A stretch of DNA of 64,000 bases from Clostridia bacterium (GTDB lineage Bacteria; Bacillota; Clostridia; UMGS1810). Where the stretch lies: the NCBI GenBank assembly GCA_045589495.1, contig JAZNPF010000041.1:6649-70648 (forward strand). The letters run 5' to 3'. The first letter of the stretch is position 1; the number at the start of each line of letters is the position of its first letter. Below the pieces are notes generated by a model. The model did no database searches, had not been told where the DNA came from, and worked only from the letters and a program-made list of their open reading frames with translations. Shown in pieces: positions 18,370 through 29,136 of the stretch. The translations under genes and the position numbers were made by a program.

Positions 18370-20250
18370 TTATATTGACGCAGAATTAAAGGTGTTATAG
18401 AAAAAGTTATGTACAAAATCTGTTTTGGCAAACGGCAATCTTTCTGCCTCCAACTCTTCTATGCCTGGAATCTCACCGCACAGATAATCCGACAGTCTGC
18501 TGATTGCACGGTTAATGCGTTCTTTTACAGCACCAAGGCGCATATCAATTCTATCAAGACCAAAAGCCTTATTGTCTTTAAGCCAAAGTTCCCCAAACAG
18601 ATTTATCAAATCGCTGATTTCTGATTTGAGATTTTTCAATTCTTCTATATTCGCTTTAAGTGCATCTTTATTATTCTCTTTATAATTTTTAGTGATTTTA
18701 AGTCCTATATCGCATTTCTCATAAAGGACTTTTATCAGTTTTTTATGATACGCAAACAGTTCCTTCAAATCTTCGGGGATCTTTACTTTATCCAGGTTTT
18801 CCAGAAGTTTTCCGTAATGCTTTTTCATATCAACATTTTCATACTGCTTATCAAACAATCCGTGCAGAATATCCTGATACAGCAAGTGCTTCGACATAGT
18901 AACAGTACTTCCCCATGGAATAGCAGTATTTCTGAAATTCTCCGACTCAGGAGGATTATCCGCATCCAATGCAAGAAAACTATCCATTTCGTATCCTGTA
19001 CATATACGAAACATATTTTCAAGATGATCTTCAGAGACATTTTCGTAATAAATATATTCGGCATATAACTGCAATCCTAAAAGTGAGGTATATATACTGG
19101 TTTCTGCACCATCATCACGCCAAAGCGTAGCACAAATCTCGTTAATACAATGCTTTCTGCACGCTTCAACAGCAGGTTTGGTAGTGCGGAAAGTTTTATC
19201 ATAATTTACTGCCACGCCATTCCATGTCCATACACCGCCGAAAAATGCAATATCACATTTCATAGTTTTATGTGCATTTATCATAGCATCATAAAAATCA
19301 GCATCTTCATTATAATAATCCCAATATCCCATTGTAACTTCCTTGGGTATCTTTTCAATCACCTCATCCGGAATTTTTACATTTGGATCATAATAATCAT
19401 GTATTTCAGATCCTATACGGAAAAACATATCACTCCATATAAATGGTCTTTTATTATATTTTTTCAATATACTTACAACCTTATCAAGATGCTCACACAT
19501 AATATCGAATCTGTTTTTATAGCCGTGTAATTGCATATATCGTCCGCTTCCGATACCATCTGCCTCATCCATACCAATATGGATTCTGTCTGTGCTTAAT
19601 GTTCGGCTGAGTGTTTCTATCATCTTATCTATGAATTTATATGTTTTCTCCTCACCAACAAGCAATATTTCAGAAGTATCACGCATATCGCTGGCATAAG
19701 GCCAACGAAGAGTTGTATCAAGATGAGCGAGCGTTTGAATACAAGGGACTACTTCTATACCAAAATCTTTTGCATATGCATCAATTTCTTTAAGTTCTTC
19801 TTCTGTATACGCTCCACGCATATATCCAAAATAAGGATATTCTTTCACCTTGTATACATCTTCCATATAAAGCATAAACGTATTCATACCCATACGTGCG
19901 ATACGGCTTATCAAATCTTTAGCCGTTTCTACCTTCATAACAGCATTTCTTGAAACATCTGCCATAATTCCACATAAATCAATTTTTCTTTCTTCGGATA
20001 CACTGAATTCAGATTGCTGGTTGCGTATTTTATCTAAAACTATACACAAACCGCGACAAAAATCAGGAATAAGATTATAGTAAATTTCAAAAATTCCCTC
20101 TTCACCCTTTATACTGATTCCTTTATTTTGAGATTTATACACTTTAATCTCAACACCCGATTTATCATTAACAAATTCCATTTTTGACGATAAATGATTA
20201 AGACAGGAATTCAATTCATTTGAATCCAAAACAAAATTAAGTTTATACAT
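18370..20250 (-). CDS. GH20-like glycoside hydrolase (beta-N-acetylhexosaminidase family), cytoplasmic
   Basis: CGIMADVSRNAV corresponds to the GH20 RGxMLDxxR block, and HIGMDEADG to the HxGxDE catalytic block. There is no signal peptide. Confidence 0.6.
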   Translation of the reverse strand: MYKLNFVLDSNELNSCLNHLSSKMEFVNDKSGVEIKVYKSQNKGISIKGEEGIFEIYYNLIPDFCRGLCIVLDKIRNQQSEFSVSEERKIDLCGIMADVSRNAVMKVETAKDLISRIARMGMNTFMLYMEDVYKVKEYPYFGYMRGAYTEEELKEIDAYAKDFGIEVVPCIQTLAHLDTTLRWPYASDMRDTSEILLVGEEKTYKFIDKMIETLSRTLSTDRIHIGMDEADGIGSGRYMQLHGYKNRFDIMCEHLDKVVSILKKYNKRPFIWSDMFFRIGSEIHDYYDPNVKIPDEVIEKIPKEVTMGYWDYYNEDADFYDAMINAHKTMKCDIAFFGGVWTWNGVAVNYDKTFRTTKPAVEACRKHCINEICATLWRDDGAETSIYTSLLGLQLYAEYIYYENVSEDHLENMFRICTGYEMDSFLALDADNPPESENFRNTAIPWGSTVTMSKHLLYQDILHGLFDKQYENVDMKKHYGKLLENLDKVKIPEDLKELFAYHKKLIKVLYEKCDIGLKITKNYKENNKDALKANIEELKNLKSEISDLINLFGELWLKDNKAFGLDRIDMRLGAVKERINRAISRLSDYLCGEIPGIEELEAERLPFAKTDFVHNFFYNTFNSASI

Positions 20251-20252
20251 CG

Positions 20253-22697
20253 TTACTCTCCTATTCTGCTAAGTTGGTAAACATTACTGTATGGAAAAAG
20301 ATTGTCTGCAAACATCATAACCTTAACATCTAAAGTTTCGTATTTTGAAATATCAATATTAACAGGTATGGTTTTTAATTTATACTTTTTCCATTCTTCA
20401 TCTACAAGGATTGCATGTCCATTAACAAATTCAAATTTATCATTATCGTATATTGCTACAAATATTGTTCCCGGCTTAACAACATCCGAAATCAGTTCTA
20501 CTGATACTGCATTGATTTTATCTGCATTAGAAAACTTATATACTTCGTTTCCATCAACATCGTAAAGATGCAGTCTGTGTACTCTATATGATGCATTATT
20601 ATGATTTTCTGGATTTTCTGCACTGTTAACAACATCGTATCGTATATAACCATCTACAAATGTTTCTATGCCATCAAATTCCTCAACAAAGTGTTTGGCA
20701 ACCTGTGCAGCACCATCTCTTGTTAGATAATGCCCGCCATCTTCCCAATACACATCATGTGTAAGTTCATCAAAGCGATGTTTTATTTTATCGGAAATAT
20801 CAATCAAAGGAATTTTATACTCAGTGGAGACATTGCGTATTACTGCTTCATAACTTTCATTCAAATCCATATAACTCTCGGATGTTGAAATTGGAGCCAT
20901 AAGTATTGGATACGCTTTCTTATCCATTATCTCATTCAAATACAAAATCAGTGCTTCTTCAAATTCTTCTGCCGTAGGGTATTCAAACTTTCGGCACGAA
21001 CTATCTGTATTTCCGTAGTGTACGATAACATAATCGTTTTCAGATACAGCGCCAAAAACAGTTTTTTTATTATATGGACGTGTAATCTTAATATTTGGGG
21101 TAGAAAAATCCGCCACAGTCACATTATCATCAAAGAAATGCTGAAGCACTTCGCTCCATCCTCTTATATTGGCATTGTTTGGATCAATATGTCTGCCCTT
21201 GCCGGATATTACAGAATCAGAAGCAATAAGTATTTTGGCTTCATCATCTCTGATATTATTGCATTCATAAATATATGGTTTGCAGCACATATTGGCTTCT
21301 GTATCAATAATTTCCACCTTAATATAACAGATACCTGTGTTTTCACTGCTTACCGTAATATCAACAGGAATAATACCATAGCCATTCACACTACATTCAT
21401 CAAAAGCACTCAGCGGAATTTCTTTCGTATCTATGATTTCTTCGTACTCATCCATGATGTATACATATATATTTCCATCGATAATATCATCCGTATATTT
21501 TTTTATAACAACACCTGAAATACTACCGTTCTTCACCATTCTTATAACAGATTTGCCATTTTTATCCACAAAGCATATGCGCTTTACATCAAATCCACCA
21601 CTTACAGTTATACGGGCAGTGACAAATGCCGCACCATTTGCTACAACTCCGTGTATCATTTGCTCCTCATCCATCAAACTCATATCAGGATAACTATCCC
21701 ATACAACAGGAAGTTGGGTTACATTACCGTTAAACAGTTTAACGCCGATTGCAGTAGGCATTGTATAATTGCCCGTAGAACTAATCTCTTCGATCAATTC
21801 GTCGAATTCAACTACTCGGGAGACACTACCTTTTAGGTAAACATTATAATCGCGTTTTTCTGAAACATTACCATTTGTAAATGTAGCAGTAAGCGTTACT
21901 GTAGTATCATAATCCGGAATCGAACAAATTACACCTTCATCAGACAACGCCATTTCATACGAAGATTCCCATGTAATACTTCCGAAAGTTTTACCTGATG
22001 TCGGTAATGTAAGATCTATTGCAGGCATATAAATATCTGAAAAACTGATTTGCTCTGCAATCAAATCCTCATATATCATAATATTATCAATATAATAATC
22101 GGACGAATAACATCTACTGTCAAAAAAACGACCTATAGTGCTAATATTCGGGTTAAAATAACATACGTTATCTGAACCCACTCTTCTTCCATCAATATAA
22201 ACTCTGATATTTTTATGGTCAATATCAATCGTTAAGGAGAAGTTATACCATTTATTGGTTTTTAAATGTCTGTCAAGAATAACCGATTTGCCGTTTCCTT
22301 CTGAATCATAACAATTAAGATATATTTCACTTCCTGTACACCCCAAATATGCAGCAATATTGCCTCCACTTTTATCAGTTATTTCCATAAAAGCAGAATT
22401 TTCACCGTTATCAGGTTTCATAAAATCAAAAGACACCACATATACGCCCGATGAAACTGGAGCCACCTGATGTGTTAATCGTTGATTTTTCTGCAACAAT
22501 ATAGCCGGTGCAGAATTACCAATACCATCTGAATCTGTATATGTACCGGTAATAGCTACATAGTTTTTCTGTTCAGAAAAATCATCATCAAACAATATTT
22601 TTCTTGAGCTGTTTTCTTCTGCATATACAAAAAAGATTTTAGAACAAAGCAAGACAGACAAAATTAATATTAAAAATACATTCGATGTCTTATTCAT
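20253..22697 (-). CDS. Secreted multidomain protein: LamG-like module, Ig-like repeats and an SGNH (CE12-like) esterase domain
   Basis: Signal peptide MNKTSNVFLILILSVLLCSKIFFVYA. The LamG-like pattern is DDDF...SFDFM...WYNFSLTIDI...IDNIMIYE. The SGNH blocks are ILIASDSVISG, VHYGNTDS and DGGHY. Confidence 0.6.
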   Translation of the reverse strand: MNKTSNVFLILILSVLLCSKIFFVYAEENSSRKILFDDDFSEQKNYVAITGTYTDSDGIGNSAPAILLQKNQRLTHQVAPVSSGVYVVSFDFMKPDNGENSAFMEITDKSGGNIAAYLGCTGSEIYLNCYDSEGNGKSVILDRHLKTNKWYNFSLTIDIDHKNIRVYIDGRRVGSDNVCYFNPNISTIGRFFDSRCYSSDYYIDNIMIYEDLIAEQISFSDIYMPAIDLTLPTSGKTFGSITWESSYEMALSDEGVICSIPDYDTTVTLTATFTNGNVSEKRDYNVYLKGSVSRVVEFDELIEEISSTGNYTMPTAIGVKLFNGNVTQLPVVWDSYPDMSLMDEEQMIHGVVANGAAFVTARITVSGGFDVKRICFVDKNGKSVIRMVKNGSISGVVIKKYTDDIIDGNIYVYIMDEYEEIIDTKEIPLSAFDECSVNGYGIIPVDITVSSENTGICYIKVEIIDTEANMCCKPYIYECNNIRDDEAKILIASDSVISGKGRHIDPNNANIRGWSEVLQHFFDDNVTVADFSTPNIKITRPYNKKTVFGAVSENDYVIVHYGNTDSSCRKFEYPTAEEFEEALILYLNEIMDKKAYPILMAPISTSESYMDLNESYEAVIRNVSTEYKIPLIDISDKIKHRFDELTHDVYWEDGGHYLTRDGAAQVAKHFVEEFDGIETFVDGYIRYDVVNSAENPENHNNASYRVHRLHLYDVDGNEVYKFSNADKINAVSVELISDVVKPGTIFVAIYDNDKFEFVNGHAILVDEEWKKYKLKTIPVNIDISKYETLDVKVMMFADNLFPYSNVYQLSRIGE

Positions 22698-22799
22698 AAT
22701 TTACACTTCTTTCTTCGACAATTCTTTTTCATATTTATTTCTTTCAAACTACTAAATAGTGGCAGGAAAGTCCTTCCCTCCCTGCCACTGTTTACTAAA

Positions 22800-25700
22800 T
22801 TATTTTTTAAGACTGTGCTGTGTAACAACTAATGATTTGGGATGACCTACAAGTGTCATACAATCAAGAGTAGTTGCAGGACCAGAAGCATCTCTGAATT
22901 TGTAGTTTTTAGCCAATGTGTATGTGTTACCGTCTTCATCGGTTACATAAGCAGAATATATTCTTGCTTCCACATCTACATCCACCCTGATATCATATGT
23001 CTTTCCAAGCTCATAGGTAATCTTTTCTTCACTTTGCTTTACATTGTAGTTTATAGCTGAGATTGTTTTATTAGGTCCAAAGCACACTTCTAATTGGAAA
23101 TGAGCATTAGTACCTACGTTATTCTCGTTACTGCAGAAGTATATTGATGTACCATAAGTATTATCAAGTGGCTTAGCAGTAAAAGTAAATGACGCATTAT
23201 TTCCGGTTGGTTTAATAAGATATGAACTTTCTATAGGTGAATAAGGCATCCACGCCGGATAATAACCTGGTTCGTCAGTGATAACAGGTACAAGTTGCGG
23301 AACTCTCTCATCGATAATTACATCGGGCAAGGTAAATTCGGGGTCACCGTCGCTAAAATCAACTGTAAACAGAATCTCGCCGTTTACAGGTTCAATATTG
23401 CCGCCTTTCTTGAATGTAACAATTCTTGAATTGCGGAAAGACTGGTATTTCACATCCACATCATAGTTAGATGTTGCATCACACAATGCCAGATTAACAT
23501 TACCATTCTCTGCCTGGAGTGACAAAACTATTTCATCATCAGTTTCCTTTATAACTTCCGCCTTGACATCTGATGAATCTGGAAGCACCTTAACATCTGT
23601 TTTCAATGCATGACGCACATCTCTTGCATCTACGGGACTGTAAGGCATAAACGAGGGTCGTAAAACTGTTGTTTTGTTGGTTGGAACAATCTGCTCTACG
23701 CCATTATAAATGAAATTATCGCCAGTATTTACATCAGCAACATATTCTTGTGTATCCGCATTGTTGATGTATGACATATAAAAAGTTTTTGAATCCCCAT
23801 TAGACCATACTGTTCCCGTCAGAAGTGTATTGGGATTTAAGGCATTAAACTCTCCAGCCAACATGTCACTGCCATAAAGATAAATATCAACTATATCGCC
23901 GTAGCCAATTTCTCTGATTAATTCTTCGTTTTCTCTGATGAAGGGTATAAAGAATGTACCCATCTGTGCCAGTTTATACGATTCTGTATGGACCTCACCG
24001 GGAAATCCGTCAGGCTCAAGGGCATATTTTTCAGCCCTTTGCATTTTACAGAAATTTTCTAAATATTTAATATCCTTTGTTTCTTCATATGCGGTATAGA
24101 GAATTTCTGCGGCATAACCTGATATAGAACCACCTGCATCACGCCAACCCTCAAGGTCTGCTGAATCAGGATCGCTCATAGTCCAGATTTCACCTGCCGG
24201 AGTCATATCTTCAATAAGCCAATCAGCAAGACCAATAAGTATATTACGCATCTTATTGCGATCTACAACAGTATACATTTCATCATCAGGAGATGTGATA
24301 CGGTAAAGATCGTTTACAGCTCGCAAGCCATAAAGGAGAATATAGTCACTTGTCTGAATACGACTTGGATCATTATCAAACAGTTCAGGAGTTCCATCAA
24401 ACCAATAACCACTGGCAAGACGACCGTTTTCCATCTGATAATAATCTAACCAATCTATATACCCTTTTGTGATACCAAGATATTTCTTGTCCTCGAAAAG
24501 TCTGTATACAAAATATGCAGATCTTGCATGAACTGCGAATCTGGTTGCAGATGTATTGATTACATTTATTTCATCATTCTCAATGTATAAAAGTGTTTCA
24601 CCAAGTATCTGGAAACCATCTTCGATAGGTTTTGCCTCTTCATATTTTCCGCGTTCAACAAGCGCTTTACCATATTTCTGCGGAGTGTTAGCAATCATAT
24701 CCTTTGCAATAAGACTTACAGCAAGCGCATAATCATAATGAAGTTTTATAGTATCTTTAAGATATTCATTACCCGTCATAAGGTAACCTAAATACATACC
24801 GTCAGGCGAGGTATAATAACACTGCCAGTTCTCAAACTGCATGCTATCATTGAAATAGATTCTGTAACGTCCTGAACCCCAGTGCTGTTTATTGTGGCCT
24901 CGGTAAATATTGATATCAGCATAGGTTTCACAACTATCAGCAATTATATCATAATAATCCGCATCATCTCTGCACATCTGTGCGTGCCATGAGTGATATT
25001 CAATCTTAGCAGGTTTCTGTGCTACACCCTTAATCATTCCATTAGCTGCTGTTTCGTAAGTAAGCGCACCTGTATCAAGTCTACCCAATCTCACGTCTTT
25101 GTAAGTATCTATCATTGCCTGATGATTTCTGTCCATAACAGACATTGTCTCTGCACTACCGATCCACCCTGTATCTACGAAACGTTGGGGATCAACATGT
25201 ACGTACGGAGGATTGTCGATGGAGATAAACTCGTCATCAAAATTCACCGTGTCTTTTCCTTCAGTTATAAGAATGTCACTATGGAATGTTCTACCGATAC
25301 CATCATACCATTGATAAACAGCAGGACTACCGGTTCTATAAACCAATGGTGAAAAAGTAAGTGTTTTACGGTTCTTATCAGTAACAAATCCATTTACAAC
25401 ACCAAGATTACCAGCAACACCGGCAAATTTGTTAACATCTCTTGACACCATTGAAACAGATATATTCTTATCCGAACTATATGCACTTACACCACTTTCA
25501 CGGCTGAGAGTTACTCCTTCCGATAATTGAAGATGGTCTACACCGGAATTGTAATAAGATGTAAAATCATCAGTAAGCAGAAGTTCCTGACCAATACTGT
25601 CTACAAAAATATATCCCGAAAGTTCGCCATCAGTGAGTATAAAGCGCTGTTGATTGCCAATACGATTAGAATTTCTGTATATCGTAAACAACTGTTCTAC

Positions 25701-26348
25701 ACTCATACCACCATTAAATTCACTTACTGATTTAATAGTAACATAGTTTGGCGTATTTTCATAAACTTCTACTGATTTACCAATACCTTGTATTCTATCA
25801 CCGTTCTTAACAGAATAAAAAGTATTGGAACCGTTACCCGTGAGCAGAGAAACACTGTTTTTATACACAATATTACTCAAGCCGCCTTTATCAACTGTAA
25901 TATTCAAAATACCATTTGAAACAGTTATTGAATTGTCTGCTTGATTAATTACAATGTCTTCGCCATCAAACTCAGTTTTATCAACTCGTTTGATTATAAA
26001 ATCTCTTTTTTCATTAGGTTCAAGGTCCACAAAGAACGAAATAAGAAGCCAGCTTACACTTCCTTTTTCATATTTTTCAAGTGCTTTTGTATATACAGGA
26101 AATACCTCGCCTGTTTTAGAATCAATCGCCACAAAATTATCATTTGGCATAACTTGCCCTTCCACGAGAGGTATACCACGCTTTACCATGTGATGCTTAA
26201 GTTCCACACCATTTCTTTCGCTTACACTGATATCATATGTGAAATTATCTACCTCGTTTTCCTGGGCAAAAACTGTAATACTGCAAGACATTATTAATGT
26301 AATAATAAGTAATATAGAAACAAATTGTCTTAAAATTTTACTCAACAC
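22800..26348 (-). CDS. Large secreted protein (1182 aa), probable polysaccharide-active enzyme with C-terminal LamG-like module; family not recognised
   Basis: Signal peptide ending VFAQ. The central region is rich in W/Y/D, as in alpha/alpha-barrel glycan enzymes. The C-terminal pattern is GKTYDIRVDVDVEARIYSAYVTDEDG. It belongs to the same operon as carbohydrate genes. Confidence 0.45.
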   Translation of the reverse strand: MLSKILRQFVSILLIITLIMSCSITVFAQENEVDNFTYDISVSERNGVELKHHMVKRGIPLVEGQVMPNDNFVAIDSKTGEVFPVYTKALEKYEKGSVSWLLISFFVDLEPNEKRDFIIKRVDKTEFDGEDIVINQADNSITVSNGILNITVDKGGLSNIVYKNSVSLLTGNGSNTFYSVKNGDRIQGIGKSVEVYENTPNYVTIKSVSEFNGGMSVEQLFTIYRNSNRIGNQQRFILTDGELSGYIFVDSIGQELLLTDDFTSYYNSGVDHLQLSEGVTLSRESGVSAYSSDKNISVSMVSRDVNKFAGVAGNLGVVNGFVTDKNRKTLTFSPLVYRTGSPAVYQWYDGIGRTFHSDILITEGKDTVNFDDEFISIDNPPYVHVDPQRFVDTGWIGSAETMSVMDRNHQAMIDTYKDVRLGRLDTGALTYETAANGMIKGVAQKPAKIEYHSWHAQMCRDDADYYDIIADSCETYADINIYRGHNKQHWGSGRYRIYFNDSMQFENWQCYYTSPDGMYLGYLMTGNEYLKDTIKLHYDYALAVSLIAKDMIANTPQKYGKALVERGKYEEAKPIEDGFQILGETLLYIENDEINVINTSATRFAVHARSAYFVYRLFEDKKYLGITKGYIDWLDYYQMENGRLASGYWFDGTPELFDNDPSRIQTSDYILLYGLRAVNDLYRITSPDDEMYTVVDRNKMRNILIGLADWLIEDMTPAGEIWTMSDPDSADLEGWRDAGGSISGYAAEILYTAYEETKDIKYLENFCKMQRAEKYALEPDGFPGEVHTESYKLAQMGTFFIPFIRENEELIREIGYGDIVDIYLYGSDMLAGEFNALNPNTLLTGTVWSNGDSKTFYMSYINNADTQEYVADVNTGDNFIYNGVEQIVPTNKTTVLRPSFMPYSPVDARDVRHALKTDVKVLPDSSDVKAEVIKETDDEIVLSLQAENGNVNLALCDATSNYDVDVKYQSFRNSRIVTFKKGGNIEPVNGEILFTVDFSDGDPEFTLPDVIIDERVPQLVPVITDEPGYYPAWMPYSPIESSYLIKPTGNNASFTFTAKPLDNTYGTSIYFCSNENNVGTNAHFQLEVCFGPNKTISAINYNVKQSEEKITYELGKTYDIRVDVDVEARIYSAYVTDEDGNTYTLAKNYKFRDASGPATTLDCMTLVGHPKSLVVTQHSLKK

Positions 26349-26361
26349 ACTTCACCTCCGA

Positions 26362-29091
26362 TTACCGTCTGTAAATAATCATTTCTATCTGCTGCGACCT
26401 TCTCTGACGAACCAATACATAATCAGGATTGGTATAAGAACTGTCTTTTAAAAGTCCGTATGCATCTTCGAGAGAAAGTTTTTTGATTTCATCATTTGGA
26501 ATATCATACATATAAACAGTAGCTGTTATAGGAATGATTTTATCGGGATCATTTGTCAGTCTGAAAGTTTTATCATAGCATTTAGAAATTTTGTCATAAT
26601 AAGTAACCAATAAAGCACCAGGATCCAGCGGATCGCACGGAGCAGCACCACCATATGTAGATCCATCTCTGTAATCAGTTGGAATATTATTGTTTGTAAA
26701 TGTTAAAACAGACATAAATCCGTCAACTTCGTTATTATTGTTTTTTGAAAGCATAAGTGCATCGCCGCGTGTCAAGTCTTTCAACTCAGTTTTATAACCA
26801 TAACTCACAAATGGGCTGTTACTATAGATATCTTTTATATTGTCATTGGCACAATTGTACGACAAATAAACACCATTTTCCCATCCATTTAAAACAGTAG
26901 TTGCATCGCCATCTTCATCAAGCGCTTTAGTAATTTTATCTAAAACAAAAATATAAGTTTCCCAACCGCTGTTCCATTCAGCAGAGGTAGTGCCCCCCGT
27001 AGTAGCAGTTATATTAGCAACGAGTATATCGGCTTCTAAAGCATTAGATGCGTCATAAACCTGTATGCTGTTTAAATTATTTCTGACATTTCCGGGAACA
27101 TTACTGGAAGTTTTAAGTACTTTTACATCTGATGCATCGCCGGCAGTATTATTGACAAATATCGGTATACCTGCATTATATCTGTACACATTGTCGATAC
27201 AGTAATCATGTGCTGAAATAGTTGTTGTTGTTCTGTCTAAAGAAAATCCATCGCTGTATCCGGCGTAATCAGTAGTAGCAGTTCCGTCAAATGGAGCAAT
27301 AATCTGTTCAAGATTTCCATCTTCCGAAAGAACCAGTTTAAACAGATGTCTTCCTGTAAAATTAGCAGCAAAAATATCAACCAATTTTTCCTGATTGCAA
27401 GATGTTTGAACAACCCAGTTTCCATTCTTATCAGGACCTGTATATATAACGGTTTCCGGCATTGTAAATACAATTACTTCTTGATTTAAATTTACAAACT
27501 GCATTTGGAATTTGCCTTCCATTCCCTGAGTCATACCGGATTTAACAAAGAAATAGTATTCACCTTCTACAGTATTAATTTGTTCAGCGAAGCATATTCT
27601 TCCGAATATATCCAAGTAATACTTATACGGAACACCAATTATCATATCAGCTTCAACTGATTCGTCATATTCATAAAGAGTTCCGTTTATAATTACTTCG
27701 TTTTTATCTGTACTGATTTCTGAAATCTTGCCATCCATAGAATCCATAGTCATATCAATATAAATTACAGAAGAGTCGGATATGGTTTCACCTACACCGA
27801 TTTTAGATGTTCTTACAGAAACAACAGTATCTTTTAAGATGTCGTTAAAATCAACAATTCTGTTTTCGTGAATAACAGAAACAATTTTCTGGTCGCCTAA
27901 AGTAAATTCATCGCCGTTTTTAAATACCAGTCTCTTGTTGGCAGCATCAACTCGGCTTACCGCATAACTTACATAATTTGTAATCGAAACAAAGTCATAT
28001 GTACCATTATTATCAGTATCAATAACGTCTACATAACCGCAATTGTTTGTAAAATCGGCATTTTGTATATTAGCAGTTATAACACCATTGTATGCAACCT
28101 GCAAATTCCCGCCGAGAGTTAATGATTTTACTTTTCCGTTTTCACTTGCATATTCAAGTTTAGGATTTCTCTTATACTGTACAGAGTCAGTGGAATCAAA
28201 ACCTTTTATTGAAATAACTTCTTTTTTGTTTATATGAACAATTTCAGTATCGTCATTAGCTTCACAATAAATAACTTCGTAATTTTCATTTCCAAGGTCA
28301 CGAATATATGCATCAACATTCTGACCGAGATATTCGCCAATACTTGGCAAAGCGTTATAAGATTTATTTCCTATAGTAACTTTTCCCTTAGGAGCTATTT
28401 TATGTCCAAGCAAAGCAGAAACAGAGGTTGCAACAACACGACCTGAAATTTCAAATATATCAAAATATTTTTTAGCATATGTGTCAGCAGACGGGCTGTA
28501 CTGTACAGAGCCATCACCTGAAACACTGCTGATTTCATACACAGGTGCTTCAAGGAGATTAAATGCAAGTTTGTACGCCATATTAACGTCAAAACCTTCG
28601 CCATAATTACACTTTATACCTCTTGTGAGTTTCAATGTGTTTGAAACACTTATATAACCTGAAGGATAGCCGCCTTTTGCATCGGCAAGTTCACCATAAC
28701 CAGCAAGTGTAACTAAAACTTTTAATGCCTCCTGAAGTGTAATGGGTTTTACTGGCTCAAATTTGTCACCATAACCTGTCATCAAACCACGTTGCTTAAC
28801 CAGTTCAACCTCGTTTTTGTATGTGTAGTATTCAGAAATATCAGTAAAGGATGTGGAAACATCTGAAACATTTGATGCATTTCCCATAAGGCCTGCAACA
28901 AGCACAGCGAATTCGCCTCGGTTAATATAATTCTCTTCTGAAGATATATTGATACCAAGCAAATTCAGAAGTTGCTGTTCACGAGCAACATTTGTAACAA
29001 CAGACGCCGAATCAACAGTTTGTGCACTGACTACAGTAACTGATTGCATAAGCATAAGCGCCATTAATAAATAAACAATAAATTTTTTCAT
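26362..29091 (-). CDS. Secreted protein with N-terminal SLH-like cell-wall anchoring repeats (909 aa), function unknown
   Basis: Signal peptide ending VSAQ. SLH-like segments are present (FTDISEYYTYKNEVELVKQRGLMTGYGDKFEPVKPITLQEALKVLV). The remainder is beta-rich and I recognise no catalytic motif. Confidence 0.5.
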   Translation of the reverse strand: MKKFIVYLLMALMLMQSVTVVSAQTVDSASVVTNVAREQQLLNLLGINISSEENYINRGEFAVLVAGLMGNASNVSDVSTSFTDISEYYTYKNEVELVKQRGLMTGYGDKFEPVKPITLQEALKVLVTLAGYGELADAKGGYPSGYISVSNTLKLTRGIKCNYGEGFDVNMAYKLAFNLLEAPVYEISSVSGDGSVQYSPSADTYAKKYFDIFEISGRVVATSVSALLGHKIAPKGKVTIGNKSYNALPSIGEYLGQNVDAYIRDLGNENYEVIYCEANDDTEIVHINKKEVISIKGFDSTDSVQYKRNPKLEYASENGKVKSLTLGGNLQVAYNGVITANIQNADFTNNCGYVDVIDTDNNGTYDFVSITNYVSYAVSRVDAANKRLVFKNGDEFTLGDQKIVSVIHENRIVDFNDILKDTVVSVRTSKIGVGETISDSSVIYIDMTMDSMDGKISEISTDKNEVIINGTLYEYDESVEADMIIGVPYKYYLDIFGRICFAEQINTVEGEYYFFVKSGMTQGMEGKFQMQFVNLNQEVIVFTMPETVIYTGPDKNGNWVVQTSCNQEKLVDIFAANFTGRHLFKLVLSEDGNLEQIIAPFDGTATTDYAGYSDGFSLDRTTTTISAHDYCIDNVYRYNAGIPIFVNNTAGDASDVKVLKTSSNVPGNVRNNLNSIQVYDASNALEADILVANITATTGGTTSAEWNSGWETYIFVLDKITKALDEDGDATTVLNGWENGVYLSYNCANDNIKDIYSNSPFVSYGYKTELKDLTRGDALMLSKNNNNEVDGFMSVLTFTNNNIPTDYRDGSTYGGAAPCDPLDPGALLVTYYDKISKCYDKTFRLTNDPDKIIPITATVYMYDIPNDEIKKLSLEDAYGLLKDSSYTNPDYVLVRQRRSQQIEMIIYRR

Positions 29092-29136
29092 TATATAAAC
29101 TTCTCCTCTCCGTCGTTTAAGAATGTGTGAGGTGTA